In this document: piece by piece, positions 1-10,755 of the stretch
How the letters are laid out: each line of letters opens with the position of its first letter
Numbering within the stretch: the stretch's first letter is position 1
Assembly: GCA_963716175.1 (NCBI GenBank)
Contig: OY970296.1
Coordinates: forward strand, 3,136,001-3,200,000
Source: an uncultured Armatimonadetes bacterium
GTDB taxonomy: Bacteria; Armatimonadota; Hebobacteria; Hebobacterales; Hebobacteraceae
Reading direction: 5' to 3'
Length of the DNA: 64,000 nt
The notes under the pieces: model-generated
The model's database searches: none
Seen by the model: only the letters and a program-made list of their open reading frames with translations
Told to the model about the DNA's origin: nothing
Position numbers and translations under genes: made by a program

Positions 1-72
1 GCCCAGTTCGCCGAGGCGGAGAAGAGAGGGCGTCTGCCGAAGGGCTTGGGTCTGCCGGGCTTTCGGCCCTGA
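1..72 (+). CDS. 3' end of a gene, probably signal recognition particle protein Ffh
   Basis: Frame 1 reads AQFAEAEKRGRLPKGLGLPGFRP-stop; G/P-rich tail at the position ffh normally occupies upstream of rpsP. Confidence 0.5.
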   Translation, partial: AQFAEAEKRGRLPKGLGLPGFRP

Positions 73-194
73 AAAGGTATCGCCAAGCCGGCCCAGCCGT
101 GGGTCAAGATAGCGGCACTGGGCTTGATGCAGCCCGATGGCGGGTTCGATTAGAGACAGTTAGTGTGCCGGGCCTTCCGGCCTAGGAGGAGAGG

Positions 195-539
195 GTGGCA
201 GTTCGCATTCGATTGCGTCGTATCGGCAAGAAGAAGCAGCCGCAGTACCGCCTGGTGGCGGCCGAGAGCGCCGGGCCGCGGGATGGACGCTTCATCGAGG
301 TGATCGGGCACTACAACCCGCGGGTGGACCCCAGCGCGGTAAGGGTCAACGAGGAGCGGGCCCTCTGGTGGCTCCGGCAAGGCGCCCAGCCCTCGGATAC
401 CGCGCGGTCTCTGCTGATCAAGACTGGGGTTTGGGACGAGTTCGCGCAGGCCGAGCAAGGACCGGCCGCGGAGAGGGGGATAATGGAGGTTCCGCAGGAG
501 CCGGGGGCGCTGCCAGCGGAAGAAGGGGGGGAGAGCTAG
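195..539 (+). CDS. rpsP: 30S ribosomal protein S16
   Basis: MAVRIRLRRIGKKKQPQYRLV..RDGRFIEVIGHYNP; AGGAG RBS. Confidence 0.98.
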   Translation: MAVRIRLRRIGKKKQPQYRLVAAESAGPRDGRFIEVIGHYNPRVDPSAVRVNEERALWWLRQGAQPSDTARSLLIKTGVWDEFAQAEQGPAAERGIMEVPQEPGALPAEEGGES

Positions 540-732
540 TAGAGGGGGGCTCTCCGCCGGGGCCGCGGCTCGGAGGCGGGGCCCAGCAGTCGGAGTTCAG
601 TGATGCTGTGAAAGGGGCGAGGGCAGTGGCCGTCTCGGGTGAGCGTTGCGATGCGTGCCCGAGCGGGGCGCGCGGCCGCTCCAGGGCCACCATTGAAGCC
701 TTGGCCTTAGCGAACTTGCTCGGAGGTGTCAA

Positions 733-978
733 GTGCAGGAACTGGTGACCATGATCGTAAAGGCCCTAGTGGATGAGCCGGAGCGCGTTGTCGTGAATAA
801 GATTGAGGGTGAGCGCAGCATCATCTTCGAGGTGCGCGTGGCGCCCGACGATCTGGGCAAAGTGATCGGCAAAGGGGGAAGGATCGCCAATGCCTTGCGC
901 ACTCTGGTGAGGGCGGCGGGAACCAAAGAGCATAAGAGCATCTGGGTGGACATCAACAAGCTGGACAGCGACAGCTAG
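733..978 (+). CDS. khpA: KH-domain RNA-binding protein (KhpA/UPF0109)
   Basis: DLGKVIGKGGRIANALR GxxG loop; follows rpsP. Confidence 0.93.
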   Translation: MQELVTMIVKALVDEPERVVVNKIEGERSIIFEVRVAPDDLGKVIGKGGRIANALRTLVRAAGTKEHKSIWVDINKLDSDS

Positions 979-1022
979 CACGCTGGGCGATTAGCAGCCC
1001 CGGGCTCAGAGGGAAGGACAGG

Positions 1023-1433
1023 ATGGGCTTGACTGTTAAGCGATCGGTCGCCGTACAAGCTATCGTAACCGAGCAGTTGAAGGAGGAGCTGAAAGCCGAG
1101 CTGCAAGAGGCGATCGAGGCGACGCAGCGACGGATTGATCAGATGGAATTCCAGAGCCGCCGGTTTCTCGCCGACCTGCAACGCACCGACCTCTCGCAGG
1201 CGATGAGCGCGCGGCGCCAGATCGAGGCCGAGAGACGGCGCCAGGAGGCCCTGGTCGAGGATCTGCGGCGCCAGGCAGAGGAAGCGGAGAAGCTGGAGCT
1301 GGGGAGCGAATTCCCGCGCGGTAACCTGGAGGGGACGGTGGAGCTGAAAGAGGGCGACGACCTCTTTCAGAAGCTGAGCGGCTCTCAGATCGTGATCAAG
1401 GACGGGAAGATCATCGAGCTGCGCGAAGTGTGA
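1023..1433 (+). CDS. YlqD family protein
   Basis: Coiled-coil with C-terminal IVIKDGKIIE; position between khpA and rimM. Confidence 0.85.
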   Translation: MGLTVKRSVAVQAIVTEQLKEELKAELQEAIEATQRRIDQMEFQSRRFLADLQRTDLSQAMSARRQIEAERRRQEALVEDLRRQAEEAEKLELGSEFPRGNLEGTVELKEGDDLFQKLSGSQIVIKDGKIIELREV

Positions 1434-1450
1434 GCGATCTTGGGCCAAAG

Positions 1451-1492
1451 CGCATTTCATAACCTCCCCTGGGAAGGTTATGAATCAGCTTC
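1451..1492. repeat. Palindromic MITE-like element TTCATAACCT-CCCCTGGGA-AGGTTATGAA
   Basis: Core identical to 13916-13944. Confidence 0.75.
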
Positions 1493-1709
1493 CAATGGCG
1501 TTCGCACAAAGAAGTAATGTGCGAACGCCGCTCTGGGCCCGTCCGAGCAGTTGCCTGAGCTTCGCCCCCTTGCTTCTTTCAGCGAAGCTCACCAGGGGAG
1601 CGGGGCGAGTGCGCCGGACTATCGTGCCCAGTCCTCTCCTGGCTGAGGCGTGAGAGCGGGCGGCCGGGTGCAGGGCTGCGACAGGCGGAGCTCGATAGGG
1701 CAGCAGGCG

Positions 1710-2219
1710 ATGGGGGCAGCAGAGGAGCCATGGAACCTGGTCGTGGGCCGGGTGGTGGCTCCCTTTGGCACCGAGGGCGAAGTGCGGGTGCGGGCGGAGA
1801 CGGATTTCCCCGGCCGCTTCCGGCGCCTGACGCGGGTCTGCCTCGAGTTGCCGAACGGGGAGGAGCGCCTGGTCAGGGTGGTGCAGGCGCGAGTCTCTGC
1901 CAGAGGGATCCTGCTCCGCTTCGAGGGATACCGTAACCGAGATGGGGCGGCCGCGCTGCGGGCCGCCTGGGTGAAGATCAAACCGAGCATGGCCGTGGCC
2001 CTGCCAGAGGGCTCTTTCTACCTCCACCAGGTCATCGGGCTCCGTGCCTTCACCGTGGAGGGCCGCGACCTGGGCGAGATCACGGAGGTGATCAGGACGT
2101 CGGCCAACGACGTCTATGTCACGGCCCATGCTATGATCCCGGCCCTGCGCCAGGTGGTGCGGGAGGTGGATCTGGAGAAGAAGCGCATGATCGTTTCTCT
2201 CCCCGACGAGGAGCTGTAG
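1710..2219 (+). CDS. rimM: 16S rRNA processing protein RimM
   Basis: LVVGRVVAPFGTEGEV; GSFYLHQVIGL; SANDVY; start placed at ATG 1710. Confidence 0.95.
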   Translation: MGAAEEPWNLVVGRVVAPFGTEGEVRVRAETDFPGRFRRLTRVCLELPNGEERLVRVVQARVSARGILLRFEGYRNRDGAAALRAAWVKIKPSMAVALPEGSFYLHQVIGLRAFTVEGRDLGEITEVIRTSANDVYVTAHAMIPALRQVVREVDLEKKRMIVSLPDEEL

Positions 2220-2246
2220 GGCGGCCATGCCGAAGGTATCGCCGCC
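2216..2246 (+). repeat. GTAG-type REP-like element
   Basis: GTAGGGCGGCCATGC also present inverted near 25590-25604. Confidence 0.55.
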
Positions 2247-2297
2247 GGCGATTCGCGCCGTCCGCCCACGCAACGCTGATCGCGCACGAGGAGCGAT

Positions 2298-3053
2298 GTG
2301 AGATTCGACGTGGTCACCATCTTCCCGGGCATGTTCGCTCCCGTGCTCGCCGAGAGCATCCTCGGGCGCGCGCAGGCGGCGGGGCTGGTAGACATCCGAG
2401 TGCACGATCTGCGCCGGTTCACCACGGACCGACACCGCACCACCGACGATTACCCCTACGGTGGTGGGGTGGGGATGGTGATGAAACCCGAGCCCTTCTT
2501 CGCCGCGGTCGAAACCCTGCGCCGTCCCCCAGCCGCGGCCTGCTCGGAGGAGGTGGTGTTGCTCTCTCCTCAGGGCGAGCGCCTCCGGCAGCCGCTGGCG
2601 CGAGAGCTGGCCGGTCGCCGCCATCTGATCTTGCTGTGCGGGCACTATGAGGGAGTGGATGAGCGGGTGCGGCAGCACCTGGCGACCCGTGTTATCTCCA
2701 TCGGCGACTATGTGCTGACTGGCGGGGAGCTACCCGCCATGGTGGTGATGGATGCAGTGGCCCGACTGCTCCCGGGGGTGTTAGGCGCGGAGCAGGGCGC
2801 GGAGTCGGATTCCTTCGAGGACGGGCTGCTGGAGTATCCTCAGTATACGCGGCCGGCCGAGTTCAGGGGCTGGCGGGTGCCGGAGGTGCTGCTCTCGGGC
2901 CACCATGAGCAGGTGCGTCGCTGGCGGCGGAAGCAGTCGCTACGTCGCACCCGGGAGCTCCGGCCCGACCTGCTGGCCGCGGCTCGCTTGACCGAAGAAG
3001 ATCGCATTCTGTTGGCGGAGATAGAGCGCGAGCAAGCCGAGCCGGATGGGTGA
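2298..3053 (+). CDS. trmD: tRNA (guanine37-N1)-methyltransferase
   Basis: [36 protein letters not shown]. Confidence 0.98.
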   Translation: MRFDVVTIFPGMFAPVLAESILGRAQAAGLVDIRVHDLRRFTTDRHRTTDDYPYGGGVGMVMKPEPFFAAVETLRRPPAAACSEEVVLLSPQGERLRQPLARELAGRRHLILLCGHYEGVDERVRQHLATRVISIGDYVLTGGELPAMVVMDAVARLLPGVLGAEQGAESDSFEDGLLEYPQYTRPAEFRGWRVPEVLLSGHHEQVRRWRRKQSLRRTRELRPDLLAAARLTEEDRILLAEIEREQAEPDG

Positions 3054-3170
3054 GCGACGTAGCCGTGTGGAGGGCGGGTAGGCTGCGACTCGTGCGGCGC
3101 AGCCTCGGCGAAGGCGGAAGCCTTGGCAGAGCGGGATAGTGGTCGGCCGCTTGCCTGCGCGTGCTCTGTC

Positions 3171-3199
3171 TTGACATAGGGCCGGAGCGTCGGTATCAT
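3171..3199 (+). promoter_or_regulatory. sigma70-type promoter of the atp operon
   Basis: TTGACA-N17-TATCAT. Confidence 0.8.
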
Positions 3200-3229
3200 T
3201 CCCGCGACACGAACGGTGGGAGGAGTTCT

Positions 3230-3262
3230 CCAGGCGAGGCGAGAGCCTCGTTGGCTTTTTTT
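3230..3262 (+). terminator. Intrinsic terminator-like hairpin in the atp leader
   Basis: CCAGGCGAGGC-GAGA-GCCTCGTTGG followed by C and T7. Confidence 0.6.
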
Positions 3263-3281
3263 CTGTGCGCGTGAGGCGCGG

Positions 3282-3491
3282 ATGCAGGAACCCATACGCG
3301 CGGCCTGGCTGGTTGCCGGTCTCGCGCTGAGCCTGGGTCTGACTACGGCCCTCGGCGCGCTCTTAGGGCAATACCTGGACGGCCGATGGGGCACCGGGCC
3401 GTGGCTGACTCTGGTGGGGACGCTGACCGGGCTGGGGGCTGGCTTCCTTGAGATGTGGACCATGCTGAGGCGGGTAGCGGGGCCGAAGTGA
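3282..3491 (+). CDS. AtpZ/AtpI (ATPase gene 1) family small membrane protein
   Basis: LGQYLDGRWGTGPWLTLVG motif; first gene of atp operon. Confidence 0.85.
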   Translation: MQEPIRAAWLVAGLALSLGLTTALGALLGQYLDGRWGTGPWLTLVGTLTGLGAGFLEMWTMLRRVAGPK

Positions 3492-3642
3492 CGGACCTGC
3501 TCGGCCGGACGCCTGGCGGGCCCGGCGGTGGTTACTGGCGGCACAATGAAGGTATGACTGAGCTCATCTGGGCCGGCCATAGCCCGTTCTCTGAGCTTCA
3601 CCGCGTTCCCGTTTTCGGCGGGGAGCAGTAGGGCAGAACCTG

Positions 3643-4059
3643 ATGCGGGAAGTGGACCAACTCCACATCAGCCTGATCGAGCGAGTCAGCCGCTGGGCGC
3701 TGGTGGTGCTGGTGAGCGCTGGCGGCGGTCTCCTGGTGTTCAGTCCCAAGGCGGCGGCGGGAGTGGCTACCGGGGGAGGGCTGAGCCTGGGTCTGCTCGC
3801 GTTCCACCGCGCACTCGCCAGCAGGTGGCTCCTGTCTGGGCGCGGAAGGGCCCGGCGAGTCGCCTTCTGGGCCCTGTGGCTGCTGAAGTGGCCCTGCCTG
3901 TGCCTGCTTCTCTATCTCGCGCTCAGCCGGGGCTGGGTGGCCGCCGGATGGCTGTGCGCGGGGGCGGGCCTGGTGCCAGCGGTGGCCACCGGCCTGGCCT
4001 TGAGGGCAGTGCTGCTCGATCTATGGCGGGGCCAGCAGCCGATAGGAGTCAAGCCGTGA
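3643..4059 (+). CDS. atpI: ATP synthase protein I
   Basis: Four hydrophobic helices directly upstream of atpB. Confidence 0.75.
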   Translation: MREVDQLHISLIERVSRWALVVLVSAGGGLLVFSPKAAAGVATGGGLSLGLLAFHRALASRWLLSGRGRARRVAFWALWLLKWPCLCLLLYLALSRGWVAAGWLCAGAGLVPAVATGLALRAVLLDLWRGQQPIGVKP

Positions 4060-4895
4060 CCGCGGGGAGCAAGCGATGGGCAGCAGCAGCCGGGTGCTTG
4101 CTCTTGCTCTCGGCCGGCCCTGCCGCGTTCGCCGAGGAGGCGGCCGGCCCTCACCCGGGCAGCTGGCTGAACTGGCTCTTCGCACTGCGCATCGCCGGGC
4201 ATCCCGTGATCTCCAGCGATGCTGCGCTCGCCTTCGCCTGGTCCCTGGTGGCGATCCTCATCCTCGCTCTGCTCGCGGTGCTCGGCACCCGCCGCCTCTC
4301 CCTCCAGCCCGGCCGCTTCCAGATGCTGCTCGAGATGACGGTGGGGGGACTGCGAGCGATGGTCGAAGGCGTGATGGGCCCGCGGGCCGTCGAGTTCGCG
4401 CCTTTCACCGGCACTCTCTTCATCTACATCGCCGTGATGAACTTGCTGGGTATGGTCCCTGGTTTCATCTCGCCCACCGCCAACCTCAACACCACCGCGG
4501 GCCTGGCGCTGGTAGTTTTCGTGGCCGTCCAGTACCAGGGCCTGCGGGAGCAAGGGGTTGGCTATGTCAAGCACTTCGTGGCTGGAGTGCCGCTTCAGCT
4601 TCCCTTCCTCCTGATGGCGCCGCTGGTGTTCTTCATCCATGTGGTGGGCGAGGTGATGCGGCCCGTCACCCTGGCCCTTCGTCTGTTCGGCAACATCATG
4701 GGCGAGGAGACCGTGGTCCTCAGCCTGATTGCCCTGGTGGTGCCATTGGCGAAAAGGCTCATCCTGATCCCAGTCCAGCTCCCGAACATGCTGCTAGGAT
4801 TGGTGACTGCCTTGGTGCAAGCTCTGATCTTCGCCATGCTGGCGGCTGTCTATCTGACAGGGGTACTGCGGGAGGGGCACGAGGAAGCAAGGTAG
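4056..4895 (+). CDS. atpB: F0 subunit a
   Basis: PTANLNTT, RPVTLALRLFGN, VQALIFAML; GTG start overlapping atpI stop with AGGAG RBS. Confidence 0.95.
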   Translation: MTAGSKRWAAAAGCLLLLSAGPAAFAEEAAGPHPGSWLNWLFALRIAGHPVISSDAALAFAWSLVAILILALLAVLGTRRLSLQPGRFQMLLEMTVGGLRAMVEGVMGPRAVEFAPFTGTLFIYIAVMNLLGMVPGFISPTANLNTTAGLALVVFVAVQYQGLREQGVGYVKHFVAGVPLQLPFLLMAPLVFFIHVVGEVMRPVTLALRLFGNIMGEETVVLSLIALVVPLAKRLILIPVQLPNMLLGLVTALVQALIFAMLAAVYLTGVLREGHEEAR

Positions 4896-5020
4896 GGCAG
4901 GCCTGCCCCGGGCGCAGCCGAGGGGTCGGGTACCTGCCCCGGCAACCATGCGGTCCTGGTACGCCAAGAGTCGGCAGGACAAGCGACATGCTCGTCCTAA
5001 CAGAGGCAAAGGAGAGGAGA

Positions 5021-5302
5021 ATGCTCTATCTTTTCGGGCTGGCGCTAGCAGGAGGATTGGGAGTAGCGATTGCCGCCTTCGCCGGAGGCCTGGGTCAGGG
5101 GCGCGCCATCGCCGCCGCTCTGGAGGGCACGGCGCGGCAGCCAGAGGCCGGGGGCAGGCTGATGACGGTGCTCATCCTGGGCCTGGCCTTCATCGAGTCC
5201 CTGACTATCTACGCCTTCGTGGTCGGGCTCTTGCTGCTCTCCCGGCTGCCCGCCACCGAGCAGGTGTTGGAAGTGCTGCGGCAGGGCTTGCGCGGGGGCT
5301 AG
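5021..5302 (+). CDS. atpE: F0 subunit c
   Basis: GGLGQG, ARQPEA loop, FIESLTIY; ATG 5021 after GGAGAGGAG. Confidence 0.96.
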   Translation: MLYLFGLALAGGLGVAIAAFAGGLGQGRAIAAALEGTARQPEAGGRLMTVLILGLAFIESLTIYAFVVGLLLLSRLPATEQVLEVLRQGLRGG

Positions 5303-5327
5303 AGGAAGGGGGGCGCGGGGAAGCGAG

Positions 5328-5834
5328 ATGGGGGAAGCACTGAAAGCCTTGGGCCTTGATCCCTCGGTTCTGCTGCTGCAGGTCGTTGCTTTTGTCATCC
5401 TCTACCTGCTGCTGCGGCGATACCTCTTTCGGCCCCTGTTCGCGGTGATGGCCCAGCGCCAGGCCGCGATCAAGGAAGGGCTGGCGGCCGGTGAGCAGGC
5501 CAAGACCGAGCTGGCGCGCATTGACCAGGAAAGAGCACGTCTGCTGGCAGAGGCGCGGGAGCAGGGACGGGAGCAAGTGCGGCAGGCGGTGCGGGAGGGG
5601 GAGCAGGCGCGGGAGCAGATCCTGGCGGAGGCGCGCGTCGAGTCTCAGGAGATGCGGGAGCGGGCCCGCCGCGCCCTGGAGCTGGAGCGCGAGGAGGCCG
5701 CTCTCGCCCTGCGCCGGCAGGTGGTGGAGCTGGCGCTGCTGGCCGCCGATAAGGCGGTGCTTCGCCGCCTGGATGAAGAGACTCACCGGCGGGTGGTAGA
5801 TGATTTCATCGCCAGCCTGGAGCAAGAGCAGTGA
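5328..5834 (+). CDS. atpF: F0 subunit b
   Basis: N-terminal TM followed by coiled coil. Confidence 0.93.
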   Translation: MGEALKALGLDPSVLLLQVVAFVILYLLLRRYLFRPLFAVMAQRQAAIKEGLAAGEQAKTELARIDQERARLLAEAREQGREQVRQAVREGEQAREQILAEARVESQEMRERARRALELEREEAALALRRQVVELALLAADKAVLRRLDEETHRRVVDDFIASLEQEQ

Positions 5835-6385
5835 CCAGTCGCCGGGTGGCCGCAAGATATGCCGAAGCGCTGTTCGGGCTGGCCCAGGCCCGCGCCTCGG
5901 TGGAAACAGTGCGAGCCGAGCTGCAGGCCCTGGTGGGGCTGATCGCACAGACCCCGGCCCTGGCCAGCCTGCTCGAACGGCCGGACCTGGAGGCGGAGCG
6001 GAAGCTGGCGGCCGCGACGGCCGCGCTGGAGGGCCAGTTCAGCGCGATCGTGACCTCCCTGCTCGCCGTCCTGCTGCGGCATCGGCGCGGCGACCAAGTG
6101 GGGGCGGTGGCGGAGGCCTTCGCCGAAATGGCCGATGACGCTGCCGGGGTGGTGAAGGCGGAAGCGACCACCGTGGTGCCGCTGACGCCGGTGCAGCGCA
6201 GCCGGCTCACGGGGGCGCTGAGCCGCATCACCGGCCGGCGCGTGGTGCTGGCCGAGCGGGTCGAGCCCGAGGTGCTGGCCGGGGTGAGGGTGCAGGTGGG
6301 AGATCGCTTGATTGACGGCAGCGCGGCCGGTCGCCTGGAGAGAATGCGGGAGCAGCTAGTGGCCGTGGAGGGAGCGAGGCGGTGA
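5831..6385 (+). CDS. atpH: F1 delta subunit
   Basis: AARYAEALF; VGDRLIDGS. Confidence 0.95.
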   Translation: MTSRRVAARYAEALFGLAQARASVETVRAELQALVGLIAQTPALASLLERPDLEAERKLAAATAALEGQFSAIVTSLLAVLLRHRRGDQVGAVAEAFAEMADDAAGVVKAEATTVVPLTPVQRSRLTGALSRITGRRVVLAERVEPEVLAGVRVQVGDRLIDGSAAGRLERMREQLVAVEGARR

Positions 6386-7911
6386 GGATCAGCCCGGACG
6401 AGGTCAGCGCGGTCATCCGCCAGCAGATGGAGCAGTTCGGCGCCGGGGCGGAGATGACCGGCGTGGGCCGCGTGCTCCAGGTAGGAGATGGAGTGGCGCG
6501 GGTGTACGGGCTCCGCGAGGTGATGATGGGGGAAATGGTGGAGTTCCCCGGCGGAGTCTACGGCCTGGCCCACAACTTGGAGGAGGACAACGTCGGCTGC
6601 GTCCTGCTGGGCCGGGATACTGAGATCAAAGAGGGCGACACCGTCAAGACCACCGGGCGCATCATCCAGGTGCCGGCGGGGGATGCCCTGCTGGGGCGGG
6701 TGGTCAATGCCCTGGGCGAGCCGCTGGATGGGAAGGGGCCCATTGCCGCTCGGGAATCTCGGCCCATCGAATCTCAGGCCCCCAGCGTGGTGGAGCGGCA
6801 GCCCGTGAAGGAGCCGCTCCAGACCGGCATCAAGGTGGTTGATGCCATCACCCCCATCGGGCGGGGGCAGAGAGAGCTGATCATCGGCGACCGCCAGACC
6901 GGCAAGACCGCGTTGGTGGTGGATACCATCATCAACCAGAAGGGGCAGAACGTCATCTGCATCTACGTCGCGGTCGGCCAGAAGCTCTCCACCGTGGCGC
7001 GGGTGGCAGACGTGCTGGCCAGGCACGACGCCATGGCCTACACCACTATCGTGGCGGCGACCGCGGACGACCCGGCGCCCCAGCAGTACATTGCTCCTTA
7101 CGCCGGCTGCTCCATGGGCGAGCACTACCGCGACCAGGGCAAGCACGCGCTGGTGGTCTACGATGATCTCACCAAGCACGCCCAGGCCTACCGTCAGATC
7201 TCGTTGCTGCTGCGCCGGCCTCCCGGGCGGGAGGCCTTCCCTGGCGACATTTTCTACCTGCACGCGCATCTGCTGGAGCGGGCGGCGAAGCTGAGCGACG
7301 AGCGCGGCGGGGGTTCGCTCACTGCTCTCCCCATCGTGGAAACCCAGGAGGGCGACTACGCCGCCTACATCCCCACCAATGTGATCTCCATCACCGATGG
7401 CCAGATCTACCTGGAGCGAGACCTCTTCTTCGCCGGGTTCCGGCCGGCGATGAACGTGGGCATCTCCGTCTCGCGGGTGGGGGGCGCGGCCCAGACCCCG
7501 GCCATGAAACAGGTTGCCGGCATGCTCCGGCTGGATATCGCTTACTACCAGGAGCTGCAATCCTTCGCTCAGTTCAGCACGGAGCTGGACGCGGCCACCC
7601 GGGCACAGCTCAACCGCGGGGAGCGGATGATGGAGCTGCTCAAGCAGCCCCAGTACACTCCCATGGCTATGGCCGAGCAGGTGGTGGTGATCTACACCGG
7701 CACTCACGGCTACCTGGACGGGCTCGAGGCGCACCAGGCGGGGCCCTTCGCCGGGCAGCTCGTCACCTTCGTGCGGGAGCGGCATCCCCGGGTGTTGCGG
7801 CAGATTCGGGAGAGCGGCGAGCTGAGCGAGGAGCTGGAGAAGGAGCTGCAGCAGGCCATCCAGGACTGCGTCGCGCGGTTCCGGGGCGAACCGAAAGAAG
7901 CCGCGGCCTGA
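6382..7911 (+). CDS. atpA: F1 alpha subunit
   Basis: GDRQTGKT Walker A; PGREAFPGD. Confidence 0.99.
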   Translation: MRISPDEVSAVIRQQMEQFGAGAEMTGVGRVLQVGDGVARVYGLREVMMGEMVEFPGGVYGLAHNLEEDNVGCVLLGRDTEIKEGDTVKTTGRIIQVPAGDALLGRVVNALGEPLDGKGPIAARESRPIESQAPSVVERQPVKEPLQTGIKVVDAITPIGRGQRELIIGDRQTGKTALVVDTIINQKGQNVICIYVAVGQKLSTVARVADVLARHDAMAYTTIVAATADDPAPQQYIAPYAGCSMGEHYRDQGKHALVVYDDLTKHAQAYRQISLLLRRPPGREAFPGDIFYLHAHLLERAAKLSDERGGGSLTALPIVETQEGDYAAYIPTNVISITDGQIYLERDLFFAGFRPAMNVGISVSRVGGAAQTPAMKQVAGMLRLDIAYYQELQSFAQFSTELDAATRAQLNRGERMMELLKQPQYTPMAMAEQVVVIYTGTHGYLDGLEAHQAGPFAGQLVTFVRERHPRVLRQIRESGELSEELEKELQQAIQDCVARFRGEPKEAAA

Positions 7912-7927
7912 GCCGAGAGGAAGAGCT

Positions 7928-8757
7928 CTGCAAACTACCAAGGACATCTTGCGCAAGATTCGTGCCGTCCGGAGCGTCGAGCAGATCACCCGGGCGATGA
8001 AGACCGTGGCTTCCATCCGGCTGCGCCGAGCAGAGCAGCGGCTGGCTCGGGCCCGGCCCTACCGCACTGAGCTGGTGAGGCTGGCCTCGCAGGTGGCCGC
8101 GGTCACGCAGGAGCACCCGTTCTTGCAGCCGCGCCCGGTGGGGTCCACGCTTGCGGTTGTGGTCACCAGCGACCGGGGCCTGTGCGGAGGGTACAACCTC
8201 GGCGCAGTGCGCCAGGCAGTGGCCCTGGGAGCGCCTGAGGCGGTGGGGGTGGCGGCGGTGGGGCGCAAGGGGCGGGCGCAGATGGCCCGCCGAGGATATG
8301 TGATTGTGGATGAAGTGGTACCCTTGGGAGGTGAGCCCGACGCCCGCGCCATCTGGGAGCTGGGGGGAGGATTGGCGCGCGCTACCTGGCCGGCGAGGTG
8401 GACCGGGTGGTGGTGGTCTACTCGCGCTTCCTGGGTGGGGCCAGCTATCGTGTGCAGGCGGACACCGTGGTGCCACTGGTGGGTCAGGCGGAGGAGGCCG
8501 GCGAGATGATCTTCGAGCCGGAGCCGCCAGAGCTGCTCGCCGGGCTGATGGATCGCTACCTGCGCGCGGTCCTGCTGGGGGCGGTGCTGGAAAGCTCGGC
8601 CAGCGAGCACGCGGCCCGGGTGGCGGCGATGGCCGCGGCCACCGACAACGCGGAGGAGATGGTCCGGGACCTAACCATGGACTACAACAAGGCGCGGCAG
8701 GCGGGTATCACTAAGGAGTTGTCTGAGATTGTCGGCACCGCGGAGGCCACCGCGTAA
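7928..8757 (+). CDS. atpG: F1 gamma subunit, split by a frameshift near 8360-8385 (likely sequencing error)
   Basis: N-half TSDRGLCGGYN in ORF 7949-8509; C-half SEHAAR..ARQAGITKE in ORF 8398-8757; probable start CTG 7928. Confidence 0.9.
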
Positions 8758-8779
8758 GCTGCAGGGCGCGCCCACTGTC

Positions 8780-8856
8780 GGGCAGGAGCCCCTGGGCCGC
8801 GGAGCGACCGGGGTGGCGGCCCGCTGGAAGCGGGCCTAGCCACTTGCCTCCTGCCC
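8780..8856 (+). repeat. Structured ~77-bp composite REP-like element, copy 1
   Basis: GGGCAGGAG..CTCCTGCCC closing stem; homologous to 54696-54771. Confidence 0.7.
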
Positions 8857-8865
8857 CTTGGATAA

Positions 8866-10293
<1,428 letters not shown>

Positions 10294-10298
10294 CGGCC

Positions 10299-10712
10299 AT
10301 GCCCCCGCTGTTCGATCTCAGGGCGATGGCGCGGGAGCGCACCGTCTACTCGGGCCGGGTGAGCAGCGTAGTGGCGCCCGGCCGGGAGGGGTACTTCGGC
10401 GTGCTCGCGCATCACGCGGACATGGTGGCCGAGCTGGGGGTTGGCCGGGCGCAAGTGGTAGAGGAGGCCGGCCGGGTGCGCTGGTTCGCCCTCTCGGGCG
10501 GTTTCCTGGCAGTGGGCGGACACCAGGTGACGATGCTGGCCGATGCCATGGAAGCGGCGGAGGAGGTGGACGTGGCCCGCGCCCAGGCCGCCGCGCAGCG
10601 TGCGGAAGAACGCCTCAGCCTGGGGCGAGAGGAGGTTGACGTGGTGCGGGCGCAGGCGGCGCTGGAACGCGCGCTGAATCGGCTGCGGGTGGCGGAGGCG
10701 AGGCGGGAATAG
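10299..10712 (+). CDS. atpC: F1 epsilon subunit
   Basis: GYFGVLAHHA; C-terminal helices ending LERALNRL. Confidence 0.95.
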   Translation: MPPLFDLRAMARERTVYSGRVSSVVAPGREGYFGVLAHHADMVAELGVGRAQVVEEAGRVRWFALSGGFLAVGGHQVTMLADAMEAAEEVDVARAQAAAQRAEERLSLGREEVDVVRAQAALERALNRLRVAEARRE

Positions 10713-10755
10713 TCGAAGCAGAGTCCTAGCCCGAGTTCCATTCCGAGGAGCGGCT

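Noticed and set aside
5021-5302. Na+-coupled ATP synthase
   Set aside because: The c subunit has Q..ES..Y but reads ESLTIY, lacking the Thr of the EST Na+ signature. The same motif occurs in H+-coupled cyanobacterial rings.
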